DNA from: Mobula hypostoma
Lineage: Eukaryota
Direction: 5' to 3'
Length of the DNA: 64,000 nucleotides
Assembly (NCBI RefSeq): GCF_963921235.1
Contig: NC_086123.1
Coordinates: 4,526,001 to 4,590,000 of the forward strand
Within the stretch, counting starts at the first letter, position 1, and each line of letters starts with the position of its first letter. The notes under the pieces are model-generated. The model was not told the origin of the DNA, did not search any database, and worked only from the letters and a program-made list of their open reading frames with translations. Below, piece by piece: positions 1-11,778 of this stretch. Position numbers and translations under genes: made by a program.

Positions 1-19
1 GTAAAGATTTAGAGGGAAA

Positions 20-600
20 TTCAAATGTTCAAATAAATGTATTATCAAAGTACGGATATGTAACTAAGGAAGAAGGAAGAAGATAGAAGATAGAAAGATA
101 GATAATACTAAGGACATGTGTTGTAAAATGAATCCATAGATCACAGAATCAGTTCAGTGTTGGCCAGAGGAAAGTTATTCACTGTGGGTCAGAAGCCTGA
201 TGGTTAAAGGGTAATAACACTTCCTAAACCTGCTGGTATTGGGACCCAAGGCTCCTGTACCCCCTTCCTGATGGTGGTAGCAAGAAGAGAGCATGGCCTG
301 GAGGGTGGGGGTCCTTGATAATGGATGCCACTTTCTTGTGGCAGTGCTCTTTGTAGGTGTGCTCAAAGAGGGGAGGCCCTCTGATGGACCGGGCTGTGAC
401 CACCACTTTTTGCAGACTTTTTCATTCATGAGCACTGGTGTGACACCAGGTGACGATGCAACAGCCAGAACACTCGACACCATGCATCTACAGAAGTTTA
501 TCAAAGTTTTAGATGGCCTGCCTAATTTGTGCAAACATCTAAGACTATAGAGGCTCTGTCACGTCTTCTTTGTGAGGCACTTACGTCCTGGCCCCAGGAC
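20..600 (-). mobile_element. Rex1/Babar-type LINE 3' fragment
   Basis: Peptides SIIKDPHPPGHALF..LPSGRGYRSL and RFRKCYYPLTIRLL, typical of the Rex1/Babar ORF2 C-terminus. Confidence 0.75.
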
Positions 601-814
601 AGATCATCTGATATGATCTAAAATGAGGTGGGCCTTGAAGAAGAGACTGGCAAGTAACAGGGATGCCTGAGAAAGTGAATGAAGCAAAGTTGCTGACGAT
701 ATTTATCACATGCTTAGATGGACACTGGAACTGGTTAGGCATAGAGAGAGCCACGGACCAAGTGCCGGGCAATGGGATTAGCACAGAAGGGTGCATGAAA
801 GAGCTAGGCTGTAT

Positions 815-1265
815 GACCCCCTCCATGGACTCTGTCTACACTTCTCCCTGCCTCGGCAGAGCAGCCAGCATATCAAAGATTCCACCCACCTTGGACATTT
901 TCTCTTCTCCCCTCTTCCATTGGGCAGAAGAAGCAAAAGCCCGAAAGCATGTAGCACCAGGCTTGAGGGCAGCTTCTACCCCACTGCTATTACACTCCGT
1001 TACACTGCTATTACACTCTTGAATATGCTTCTTGTACAAGAAGATAGACTCCTGACCTCACAATCTACCTTGTTATGATATTGCATTTCCTTGTTTACCT
1101 GCACTGCACTTTCTCTGTAGCTGTTACACTTCATTCTGCATTGTTATTGCTTTACTTTGTTCTACCTCAATGCTCTGTGAAATGATTTGATCTGTACGAA
1201 CAGTAATCGAGATAAGCTTTCGACTGTATCTTTAAGGTACATAATAATAACCAATTCCAATTCCA
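815..1265 (+). mobile_element. Rex1/Babar LINE 3' fragment
   Basis: IKDSTHLGHFLFSPLPLGRR...TRLEGSFYPTAI followed by a typical 3' UTR. Confidence 0.7.
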
Positions 1266-1548
1266 AATTGTGGTGTACAATTCTATGATCAGATGTTTGG
1301 AGTAAAACACAGGCAGATATTGAAAGCTAAATTTATTATCAAAGTATTCATATGGCACTATATACCACCTTGAGATTCATTTCCTGCAGGCATTTACAGC
1401 AAAATAAGTAAATACAATAGAAATTATATAAAAATACATAAAGACCAACAAACAATGTGCAAAAAGAAGACAAATTGTGCAATTTTTAAAAATACTGTGA
1501 ACATGAGTTGCAGAGACTTTCGAAGGGAGTCAGTAGGTTGTGGAATCA

Positions 1549-1717
1549 AGCAACACACATCAAATTTGCTGGTGAACGCAGCAGGCCAGGCAGCATCTGT
1601 AGGAAGAGGTACAGTCGACGTTTCAGGCCGAGACCCTTCGTCCTGACAAAGGGTCTCGGCCTGAAACGTCGACTGTACCTCTTCCTAGAGGTACAGCATC
1701 GGCAGAATTCCTGTTGT
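1549..1717. mobile_element. Penelope terminal-repeat insertion, palindromic, with 15-bp TSD
   Basis: TAGGTTGTGGAATCA duplicated at 1534-1548 and 1718-1732. 43-bp inverted arms at 1600-1642 and 1645-1687. Confidence 0.8.
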
Positions 1718-2373
1718 TAGGTTGTGGAATCAGTTCAGAATTGTGGCGAGTGAAGTTACTCATGCCTGTTCAGGAATTTAATGGTTGTCGGGTAATAACA
1801 GCTCCTGAACCTAGGCCTCTTCGAATTGTGGAATGGGGCGATTCTGATGGTCCATTTGCAGTGGGATACGCTTTTCATAGAGGCCACAGGAGATGAGCCA
1901 AACTTCTCCAGTGGCTGACAGAATCCCTTTGATCCCGGGTCCAACGCTGCCAGTGTTTTGTGGTGTGTCCAACAGCGCCACCTACTGTGGAAACACCATC
2001 CAGGCACTTCCTGTTCCACTTTCTCTCCAAGCCCAGGCTCTCGGCCAAGGTCGTCACATCAAGTGAAGAGGAAAATGATTATTAATAATACCTCTTGGGA
2101 ATATTCGCTTTGGTTTTGGGAGTTTAAAAGAAAATACAAGTAGAGGCCGAGTTTGTATCCCCTCAGATTGGAAGCTATTCCAAACAGCTGCCGATCAGTA
2201 GTTACTTTTAGGCAAGCCAAGACTAACATCGTCTCCCCACAGATTTTAACTAAATTGCAATAAAACTTTAACAGCTGCTAAGAGCCCTGTCAGGCTCTGG
2301 AAGTTACCAAGTTACTAGCACTATTTAAAAACTGGAAGCAAAAAGGATGGTGTCATTAAAAGGTGACATTGAT

Positions 2374-3002
2374 CAGGCATCCCACCTCTCCCGGAAATTC
2401 CGGGAGTCTCCCGCATGGCCGCAAATTATATACAATGTCACGGAAATCAATTTTTTTGAGAGCGAGCGAGAGAGCGCAAGAGAGAAAGCAAAAGAGAAAG
2501 CGTGAGAGCGACCACAAGAGAGAGCGAGAGCAAGCAAGCGAGAGAGAGGGAGGGAGAGAGTGAGGGGGGAGGGAGAGAGAGCGAGCACGAGAGCAAGCGA
2601 GGGAGAGAAAGCAAGTGAGAGAGAGAGCAAGAGAGAGAGAGCGAGAGCGAGCGAGCGCACGCCATGGCAGAGTGTTCCAAAAAAAGAAAATATAAAACGT
2701 ATGTCACCCCAGACTACCCTAAAGTGTACCCCGGCCCAATAGGGGTCAAAACAGTGTTGCTCGCTGCACTGTTTGCAACAGTGACTTTTCTATTGCCCAT
2801 GGTGGGTTAAGACTGTAAAAGACATGTTGAGGTGAGTTTAACAGGTGTCATTCGTTCATTAGCATAGCTAACGTTATTTAAACTAGCTGGCCGGCTGCTA
2901 AGGAGCTACTCTGTTGCAGACATCCCACACCTCTCCTGGAAGTCTCCCGCAAATTGATGGTGCTACCTCCCTGAAATGAGTTTTTGCAGGGTGGGATGTC
3001 TG
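2374..3002. mobile_element. Non-autonomous DNA transposon with 13-bp TIRs and 7-bp TSD
   Basis: CAGGCATCCCACC...GGTGGGATGTCTG flanked by CATTGAT (2367-2373 and 3003-3009). Confidence 0.8.
2457..2657 (+). repeat. GA/GAGC-rich low-complexity microsatellite
   Basis: Imperfect (GA)n and (GAGC)n run inside the DNA transposon. Confidence 0.9.
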
Positions 3003-3204
3003 CATTGATACTTCCAGATTCCTCACTATTTTTTGAAAACAGCCTTGTCTTTAAAACAACTTCAGATTCACTGGGAGCTAGAATTCCGCAAGTGCCTACA
3101 CTGTAACTTTAAATCTTCATTCACTTCTGGATTTCAAAATCTTCCTTCCTCTTACCACATTTTTGTACATCGTTGTGACCATAATTCAATTAGTTTTATA
3201 CTAG

Positions 3205-3784
3205 TGATGGAAAAGGATGGGGCAGGTCTACAAGTTAGGGTTCAGAACTAGTTTGGGAGGAATTGGGGAGGATCTAGCAGAGGTTAATTGGTGACGCCTG
3301 TTTGAAGGAAAAGTAATGAATGGCAAGTGGCAGGCTTTTAAGAGTGAGGTAGCAAGTGGCCAGAACCAGCAGGAAAAGAGTAAACATAGCAAATTTAGGG
3401 AACCTTGGCTGACAAGAGATATTGAGGTTCTGGTCAAGAAACAGAAGAAAGTATGTATTAGGATAAGGAGGTTGAGATCGAGTGAATCCCTTGATGATTA
3501 TAAAAAGATTTAGAATATTCTTAATAGGCAAATCAGGAGGACAGAGAGGATATGAGATTGATATGACAGGCAAGGTTACAGAAAATCGCAATAGATTCTT
3601 TAGCTGCTTTAAGAGTAAAAGGAGATAGAGATAGAGACAGAGACTGAGACCAAGTTCACTTAGAGATCAACAGGAGCTGCAGGGGATGGGTAGGACCTAA
3701 ATATTTCTCTTTGGTTTTTACTGAGGAGAAAATCATGATGCTTGAGAGATGAGGGAAACGTGGAGATGTTTTGGAGGATGTCTG
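3205..3784 (+). mobile_element. CR1 LINE fragment (resumes at 4618-4684)
   Basis: W.AFKSEV...PWLTRDIEVLVKKQKK, a CR1 ORF2 linker segment. Resumes as EEV...IKVDK after the insertion. Confidence 0.7.
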
Positions 3785-4617
3785 TGTAACCCTCTCACCA
3801 GGGCTTGTATACAAACTCAGCTTGTTAGCTAACAGCCATGTGATTCAACAGTGAGGAGGTCACATCCAATGAATGATATATACCTAGGGTCGGTATGATT
3901 TGGGGTTCAACCAAATAGGAACATCGTGACGTTCTGATTAAAGAAACCTCGATTTGAGCAAATGCTGTGTAAATTCTGCCCATACACAGTTATCAGTCGG
4001 CAAGAAATGACAGCTTGTACACTACATAAAATTATAAAGAAAGTATATTTACTGAACTTTCAACTTTAACAAACAGTTACAGAAAAGGAAAAGAAAAAGA
4101 AAAGGGCCCATTACAGTTAAACCAGTCCAATGTGCATGTAATGTTGGATCTCATACTGGAGTATTTGGGGGTGTATCTTTTACTCACACGCTGACCCATG
4201 GTCTGCGGAAAACACCTGCCACATTCTGAAATTCCCTCAAAGTCCATTTCGAACAAACTGGCTCTCTCTCAGGAATATTGATCCTTCCTCCTTGGAGCCA
4301 TTCATCCGCACACAGCACTTCTTGCAACGGAGACTCCCCTTCCAACGGCATTCTGTGGCGTCTTCTCCTGTGCCCCCCTCCACTTCTCCCACCAAAGGAC
4401 CCCAAGCCAGACTACCGTCCTTCAGAAATCTCTTCCCCACAGCTCTCCGGAACCTTCTCTCACAATTCACAATTCTGACTGGCTGACTCACATTCCTAAT
4501 TTGGGCAACATGTGTCCTTATCTTAGCCGAAGCCGAAACACACTTTCCACCATGGTACACTGCTTTTACAGAAAACTGCTCATGTAAACCACCTCTCAGC
4601 ATAACCCGGGTATTACA
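3785..4617. mobile_element. Probable solo LTR interrupting the CR1
   Basis: Block bounded by TGTAA...TTACA that splits a CR1 reading. The TSD is not clean. Confidence 0.45.
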
Positions 4618-4684
4618 CTTGTATTGCCAAGGAAGAGGTATTTGACATTTGACACAGCCATGCAGCACATTAAGGTGGATAAAT

Positions 4685-4905
4685 GGGCAGCCCTGTAGCT
4701 TAGCAGTTAGCGTAACACTATTACAGCGCCAGCAGCCCAGGTTCAATTCCTGCCACCGTCTGTAAGGAGTTTTAACGTTCTCCCTCTCACTGCAGGGGTT
4801 TCCTCTGGATTCTCCGGTTTTCTCCCATATTCCTAAGGCCTGCAGGTTTGTAGGTTAATTGGTCCTATGGGTGTGATTGGGCGGTAGGGCTCAGTAAGCC
4901 GAGAG
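4685..4905 (+). mobile_element. tRNA-derived V-SINE (HE1-like)
   Basis: tRNA-like head with GGTTCAATTCC B box. V-domain GTTCTCCC...GGGGTTTCCTCTGGATTCTCCGGTTTTCTCCCA. Confidence 0.75.
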
Positions 4906-4909
4906 GATC

Positions 4910-5845
4910 TCAGCCCGCTGACGCACGAATGTGTCGCAGGACTCACCTCAAACCGTGTCGTCAGGCTTGAGGATGACACAACAGTGGTTGGTCTCATCAA
5001 CAACAATGATGAGTCGGAGTACAGAGAGGAAGTGGAATGGCAGGTGTGTGAACAACAACCTTAGTCTGAACTCGGAGAAGACCAAGGAAATGATTGTGGA
5101 CTTTAGGAAGGTGCTGATGAACCATCCCTCTCTGCACATACTTGGCTCCTCCGTAGAGAGAGTCAAGTGCACCAAGTTCCTGGGAGTTCACATCACAGAT
5201 GACCTCACCTGGTCCCTTAATATCACCTCCCTGAATACAGAGGCACAGCAGCTCCTCCACTTCTCGAGGGGATTGAGGCAAATGAGTCTCCCCTCCATCT
5301 CCACTGAACGTTGCAGGAGCACCACTGAGAGTGTCCTGACCAGCTGCATCTCCATCTGATATGGGAGCAGCCGAGCATCGGACCAGAAATCCCTACAAAG
5401 GGCAGTGAAAATGGCTGAGAGGATCATAGGAATCTCCCTACCATACATTGGGGCCATTTATCAGGAGCGCTGCATACACAGGGCCCTTAGTATGACCAAC
5501 AATTTCACCCACCCATCCAGCATCCTCTTTGACTTTCTACCATCAGGCGGGAGACTGCATTGCATGAAAATAAGAACAGTCAGGATGGGAAACAGTTTCT
5601 TCCCTCAGGCCATTAGGCTTCTGAACTCTCTGCTGCATCACAATCGAAGTGTCACTGGTTAGCTTGCTCTGCACCTTGCAATATTTAAAGTGCAAAGTGC
5701 ACTTTACTTTGTTTATTCATGCCTAATTCATTTGTAGATTTTATTCTTACTTTCCTAAGTTGTGTGTTATATGTACTATAGTGCTTTACACCCTGGTCTG
5801 GAGAAATGTTGTTTCGTTTGACGGTATACATGTATGTAGTTAGAT
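4910..5845 (+). mobile_element. Rex1/Babar LINE RT C-terminal fragment
   Basis: NNLSLNSEKTKEMIVDFRK...KFLGVHITDDLTWS and LPSGGRL...RMGNSFFPQAIRLLN. Confidence 0.85.
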
Positions 5846-7024
5846 TAGAGTAGATTCAACTTTATTGTCATTGTGCCGAGTACAGATACAAAGCCAAAGA
5901 AATGCAGTTAGCATCAGACCAGAAATGCACAGAATAGTGTTATTTACAAAATAACTGTCAATAAAAAGTAAGTGCTACAGCACACAAATATAAAAGTACT
6001 GAGATAGTACAATATGGGTGCAATACTGCTTAGCGCTGTGATGTGAGGTTCAGCAGTGTCACAGCCTCAGGAAAGAAGCTCCTCCTATCCCTGCTGGTGC
6101 GGGAGCGGAGGCTCCTGTAGCACCTACCGGATGGGAGGAGAGTAAATGACAATAAACTTGGTACAGGAGCCTCAGGACTCACACCACCAGATTTACGAAC
6201 AGTTATTACCCCTCACTTATTAGGCTCTTAAACCGAAGGAGATTACTGAACTCAACTTCACTCGCCCCACCACTGAAATGTTCCCACAACCAATGGACTC
6301 ACTTTCAAGGACTCTTCACCTCACGTTTTTGATATTTATTGCTTATTTATTATTATAATTTCTTTATTTTCATATTTGCACAGTTCGTTGTCTTTTGCAC
6401 ACTGGTTGAAGGTCCAAGTCGGTGCGGTCTTTCATTGAATCTATTAAGGTTTTTATTCTATTGTGGATTTATTGAGTATGACCACAAGACAATGAATCTC
6501 TGGGTTGTATGTGGTGACATACATGTACTTTGAACTAGATAGCAAATTGACAGAGAGAAAATGGAGTGGTGGAAAAGTGACTGGATGCTGGTGGAGACCT
6601 CCCCTGACGCTCAGGGCTGGGAGCACTGATTTTCTTCTTAATATCCATATCAATGGCTTTGAAATGAAGCTTGAAAGTGTGGTAAACACTGAAGATTGCA
6701 AGGAACAAGCAGATGAAATGTAATGCGGAGAACATGGAGAACTGGAGAAAGGATATGGAGAGATAACGTGGATTAAATGCCAGGTGAGCGCAAGAGCAGA
6801 GAGACCTGGGTTTTCCGGAGATGGAGCAGGAGAGAAAGAGAGAGATGGAGGGATATGTCAAGAGGTGATCTGATAAGTATATACATGGCAATTTTAAAGA
6901 GAGTTAACAGAGGGAAGCATTTTCCTGGTAGCAGACAAATCAATAACCAGTCATACAGGTTTTGGACACAAGATAGAGGTGACAGAGGGGTATGTGAGGC
7001 AAAATATATATAAATTTTTTAAAA

Positions 7025-7365
7025 ATGCAAGAGAGTCTACAGATGCTGGAAATCCAGACCAACCCACACAAAATGCTTGAGGAACTCAGCAGGTCAGACA
7101 GCATCCAGGGAGAGGAATAAACAGTGGACATTAGAGCCAAATCCCTTCACTGAGACTGGAAAGGAGGGGAAGAAATCAGAATAAAAAGGTGGGGGGGGGG
7201 AATGTAAGAAGTACAAGCTGCTAGGTGATAGGTGAAACCAGGTGAGGAGGAAGGTGGGTGTCTGGAGGAGGGGGAATGAAGTGAGAATCTGGGAGCTGAT
7301 AACTGGAGGATGTAAAGTGCTGAAGAAGGAATCTGACAGGAGGAGAGAGGCCCATGAGAGAAACA
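7025..7365 (-). mobile_element. Penelope-like element 3'/terminal repeat remnant
   Basis: cagatgctggaaatcc...aaaatgcttgaggaactcagcaggtca terminal-repeat signature shared with the other Penelope copies. Confidence 0.65.
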
Positions 7366-10300
7366 TCTCTTTTAAACTGTTATAATCTGAAGCTCACTTC
7401 CTGTAAGTGTGCTGGAAACAAAATCAATAGGGGCTTTGAAGAGGGAATAAGTAGTTAATGGATGGAGTGGGAAGCTAGGATTTAAAAGATTCGATTATTT
7501 TAACTTTAATTTGCACTGCCAGCAGCAGTGGTGGAAGCAGGTACAATTGAGTCTTTTAAGAGCCTCTTAGATAGATAGATGGAGCTTAGAAAAATAGAGG
7601 GCCATGCACTAGGGAAATTCTAGGCAGCTTCTAGAGTAGGTTCCATGGTCGGTACAACATTGTGGGCCAAAGGGCCTGTAATGTGCTGTAAAATTTGTAT
7701 GTTCTATGTTTAATTGTCAAATATATATTGAAACATACAGTGAAATGTACCTTTTGCATCTACAACCAACACAGTCCAAGGATTGTGGTGGGGGCACACG
7801 CAAGTGTCACCACACTTCCAGTACCAACACAGCATGCCCACAACTTACTAACCCTAACCCATATATCTTTGAAATGTGGGAGAAAACTAGAACTATAAAC
7901 TCCTTACAGTCAGCAGTGGGAATTGAACCCTGATCATCGGCACTGTAGAGTGCTGCATTAACCGCTATGTTACTGTGCTTTCAGGAAACCTGTATTGACT
8001 CAATGGGCTGAATGGTCTCATTCTCCAATTTGATGACACATGAAAATCCAACCTTCTAGGCCTCCTGTGAAGCAGAACGTGCTGGGAATCTGCAGGACTG
8101 GACGACAGATCTAAACCCGAGGAAAGACAATCTGTGGACCAAAGTCAATAGCATCCACAAAGCGAACCCTGACACCTCAGAAATGTGTAATGACATTGAA
8201 GAAAGACTGATAGACTGGAGGCAATAGGCTAAGGATCTCCGAACCGAATCGTTAACTGTTCCTCTCTTCACAGATGCTGCCTGACCTGCTGAGTGTTTCC
8301 AGTTCTGTTTGATTTTATAATGGAGATTATTACGGTGTCTTCATTTCAACCCAATATTGTCTCACGTTTACCTTTCCCAATACAATGGCAGTTCTGCTAA
8401 TGTTACAACATCCACCTTTCGATACAGTAAATTCCGAGTGACTTCACAGAAGGAATTTTGGATTGTTCAAAGAGGAAATGCTTGAGAGCATTTATAGAAA
8501 CATTAGCTTCCTGTTCTTTTGTTGCAATTTTCTAATATCAACACTGATGAATTGGACTGCAGTTTAAAAGTATTTCATGGTGGGAAAGACCTCGAGGTGT
8601 CCTGTAGAACTACACAAGATTTCCCTTTTTGGTCTCAGGCACTCCTTGGGAATTTACTTGGAAGCGACATTGCCCAACAACAGGGATTCTGCATGAAGGG
8701 CCAAGCAGAGTGAAAGAGAAGGTAACCAACTTTCTCATCCCTTCATGCTTAGTAGAGGGCGAGCAGAGAAAACAATATGACCACATCCCTTCTTGATTAA
8801 AGATGGTCTTGTATCATAGTCCTGAGCAAGATGTCCAGAAGAAGACTGGGATCACCATCTAACAGGATTTCTTCCTTTTCAGTATCAAGTTATAACTACT
8901 TTCGAGCACAAGGTAAAGCCTAGCTCCCACCCTGAGCAAAAGGGATGATGCTAATGATTGGTGCAAAGTTATTGGCTCCCAACGAGTCAGAAGTTCGGAG
9001 TAGATCCAGTGATATAGTATGAGACTGAGATCAGAAGCGTTTCATACCTCCATACTTGCAGTGCATATGGTGAACAGTGTGAGAAATTGGGGGGGGGGCG
9101 GGGTTGGGGGATGTTGGGACGTAAGCTGCTTGTAGGAACTGGGTGAAGGGAGTAGTCTGGCGGGTTGTGGGCTGAACCATTCTCAAGCAGAGTCTGCGGT
9201 CCGTTCTGTGGAAGTGCATGATCTCATTAAATGTATCATTTCAAGAACATGCAATGGATCAGACTGGATGCAAAAGACAAGGAAATGGGAGCTGGAGTAA
9301 GCTTATATGTCCCTGCTATTTGATGTGATCATGGCTAATTTGCCCTAAGCCTCAACTCCTCTTCTGTGCCAGTTCCTCACAGTCCACAAACCCCTCATCT
9401 TCCAAAAACTGTCGACTTCTCCTTTAAATCCTCCTGTGTGCAAGCCTTCTTAACCTCATGAAATAGAGAACTCCAGAAGGAAGAAGAAATCACAAAACAC
9501 CCCAATTATAAACAGCTAACCCTTTATCATGCCCCACATTTACATCGATCCCAAGCCTTCCCAGGACCTTAAATGGTTCAATAAGCTCCCCCCTCATTCC
9601 TCTAAACTCCAAAGGTTACTGATCAAAAACACAAGGGACTCTGCAGATGCTGGAAATCTTGTGTGTGTGGATACTGTTTCTGGTGCATGCGTTAGGACAA
9701 TCCTCTAGTGCTAGGAATTTGCATAATGAATCTCTTTTGGATTGTGTCTAGTGCGAGTATTTCCTTCCTTAAATAGGGGAACGAAGGTGTCCAGGTGTGC
9801 AATCACCATCATTTCATAGAATTGTAACCATATTTTCCTTTTGCTAAATTCAGACCCCCTTCACAATGAGGCCAATATGCCACCTGCCTTCCTACCTACT
9901 GTACCTGCTGCACCTGACTGCTAACTGCGATTCATGTGCAAGTACACCTATATTTTTGTGTTCTATTTATACACAGTTGCTTTGTTGAGATAATTGTCTG
10001 TAAGAAAAAATGAAATACATTAAATTCCATTTGCCAAGTTTGTGCCCACTCACTCAACCTATCCATAACTGCCTGTCATAAAGGCTAACATACTCTTTGC
10101 GTTTCTAATCACCTGTTGACCCTTTCCATCGGCCTTCAGTCCTTTGTGTGTTTCTTTGAATATTGGCATCACCCAGTCTCACCATTTCCCCTTATGTGCA
10201 CCAATGTGGATGACCTCACCTTTTTCCTGATTATATTTCACAGATACGGCCCCACCCATTCATTCAACTTTCCAAATTCCACTGAAGTCTCTCTTGATCT

Positions 10301-10849
10301 GCCACAATAGTGACGATGCGAGGGCTGGTTCAAAGAGAATGACTAATTAACTGCAAACATAAGTGTTCTTGGAGGAGCAGCGGAAAAAAATACAGTGAAA
10401 TGCATCATTTCCGTTAACAGCCAGCACACCCAAGGGCGTGCTGGGGGCAGCCCACAAGTGTCGCCACATGATCCATGCCAATGCAGAATACCCACAATGC
10501 TCAGCAGAACAACACAGAACACAAGTAACAAAACAACAACAGTAAAACACAAGCCCCTTTCCTCCCTCCCACATATCTATATACAAGGACAGTCCTGCAA
10601 CTCCAGGACAGGGCAGGCCTTCGAGCCTCCAGCCTCAAGGCTTCAGCCATCGGGCCCATCAACTTTTGGGCTTTCACCTTTAGTATCAACCCCCCCCCCG
10701 GACTATCTGATGACGGGACCCCAATCTCCAGGCTCAAACTGTGGGCTCATCAACTTATCGGCCCTTGTGCTTCCTGTTCACACAGAGCTCCGACCCCAGG
10801 ACCCACCGACCTGTGACAGCAAGTCACCCATGGACGTTCTTCGTCACCT

Positions 10850-11035
10850 ATGGATGTTCTTCATCTATGCAGCTGGTCTTTGAGTGCAGAGCAAAGGCCT
10901 GGACTCCAGATGTTCTTCATCACCCGTCCATGTCACTAGCCTTTGAGCAAGGAGCAGAGGCCTACACTCTGAATGTCCTTCATCCATGTCCACATTGCTG
11001 GCCTTCGAGCTTGGAACGGAGGTCTAGACTCCACA
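10850..11035. repeat. Degenerate ~56-62-bp tandem repeat (3 copies) inside a non-autonomous element
   Basis: Recurring gatgttcttcatc...gcctt(t/c)gag...gaggcct..actcca at ~10853, 10909 and 10971. Confidence 0.55.
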
Positions 11036-11778
11036 TGATTTAACTCCTCTACATCCCTATTCTAACCTGTAACTCCCTGATATCCCTGTCCCTGAACCCT
11101 AATCAAACCACTAATTCCCCTCTCTGCCCTCAAAACCATCCCTAAGAACATAAATGAACTAAGTCTGAGCCACAACCTCAACAGAGGCACTTGAGGATTA
11201 ATGGAACACTTGGGACCCATAGATATGAGATGCATTGGACATCTACATGGATTGGAAAGGTTTAAAGGGACATGTGCCAACCACAGGCAAACGGGACCAG
11301 CTCCATTAGGCAACTGATCAGCATGAGTGAATTAGGCTGAAGGACACTGTTTCTGTGCTGTCTAACTCTGTGCCTGACAATTAGCCCATAAACTAGCAGC
11401 TTAGAACCCTGAGATATCTAAAGTAAAGATTGACGATTGGCTTTACTTGTCACATGTACATCAGAACATACAAAGAAAAAAAACACGTCACAAACAAGAT
11501 GGCCTGCTGAGTTCCTCCAGCATTTTGTGCGTGTTGCTTGAAAAAAAAATTTCATCAAATCAGCCAGGATTGTGCTGGGCAGCCCAGAAATGTCGCCACT
11601 CTTCCGGCACAGACGGAGCATGCCCACAGTCACTAACTTTAATCTGTACATCTTTGCAATGTGGGAAGAAACTAGAGCACCTGAAGGACACCCATACAGT
11701 CACGGGGAGAACATACAAACTCCTGACAGGCAGAGGCAGGAATCAAACCCCAATCTTACGGCTGGCGTGCTCTAAAGC

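Noticed and set aside
2363-2742. ORFs rich in ER or LS dipeptides
   Set aside because: Translations of the GA microsatellite.
10395-11043. 162-aa and 100-aa ORFs
   Set aside because: They lie within a non-autonomous repeat with internal tandem units and resemble no protein family I recognise.
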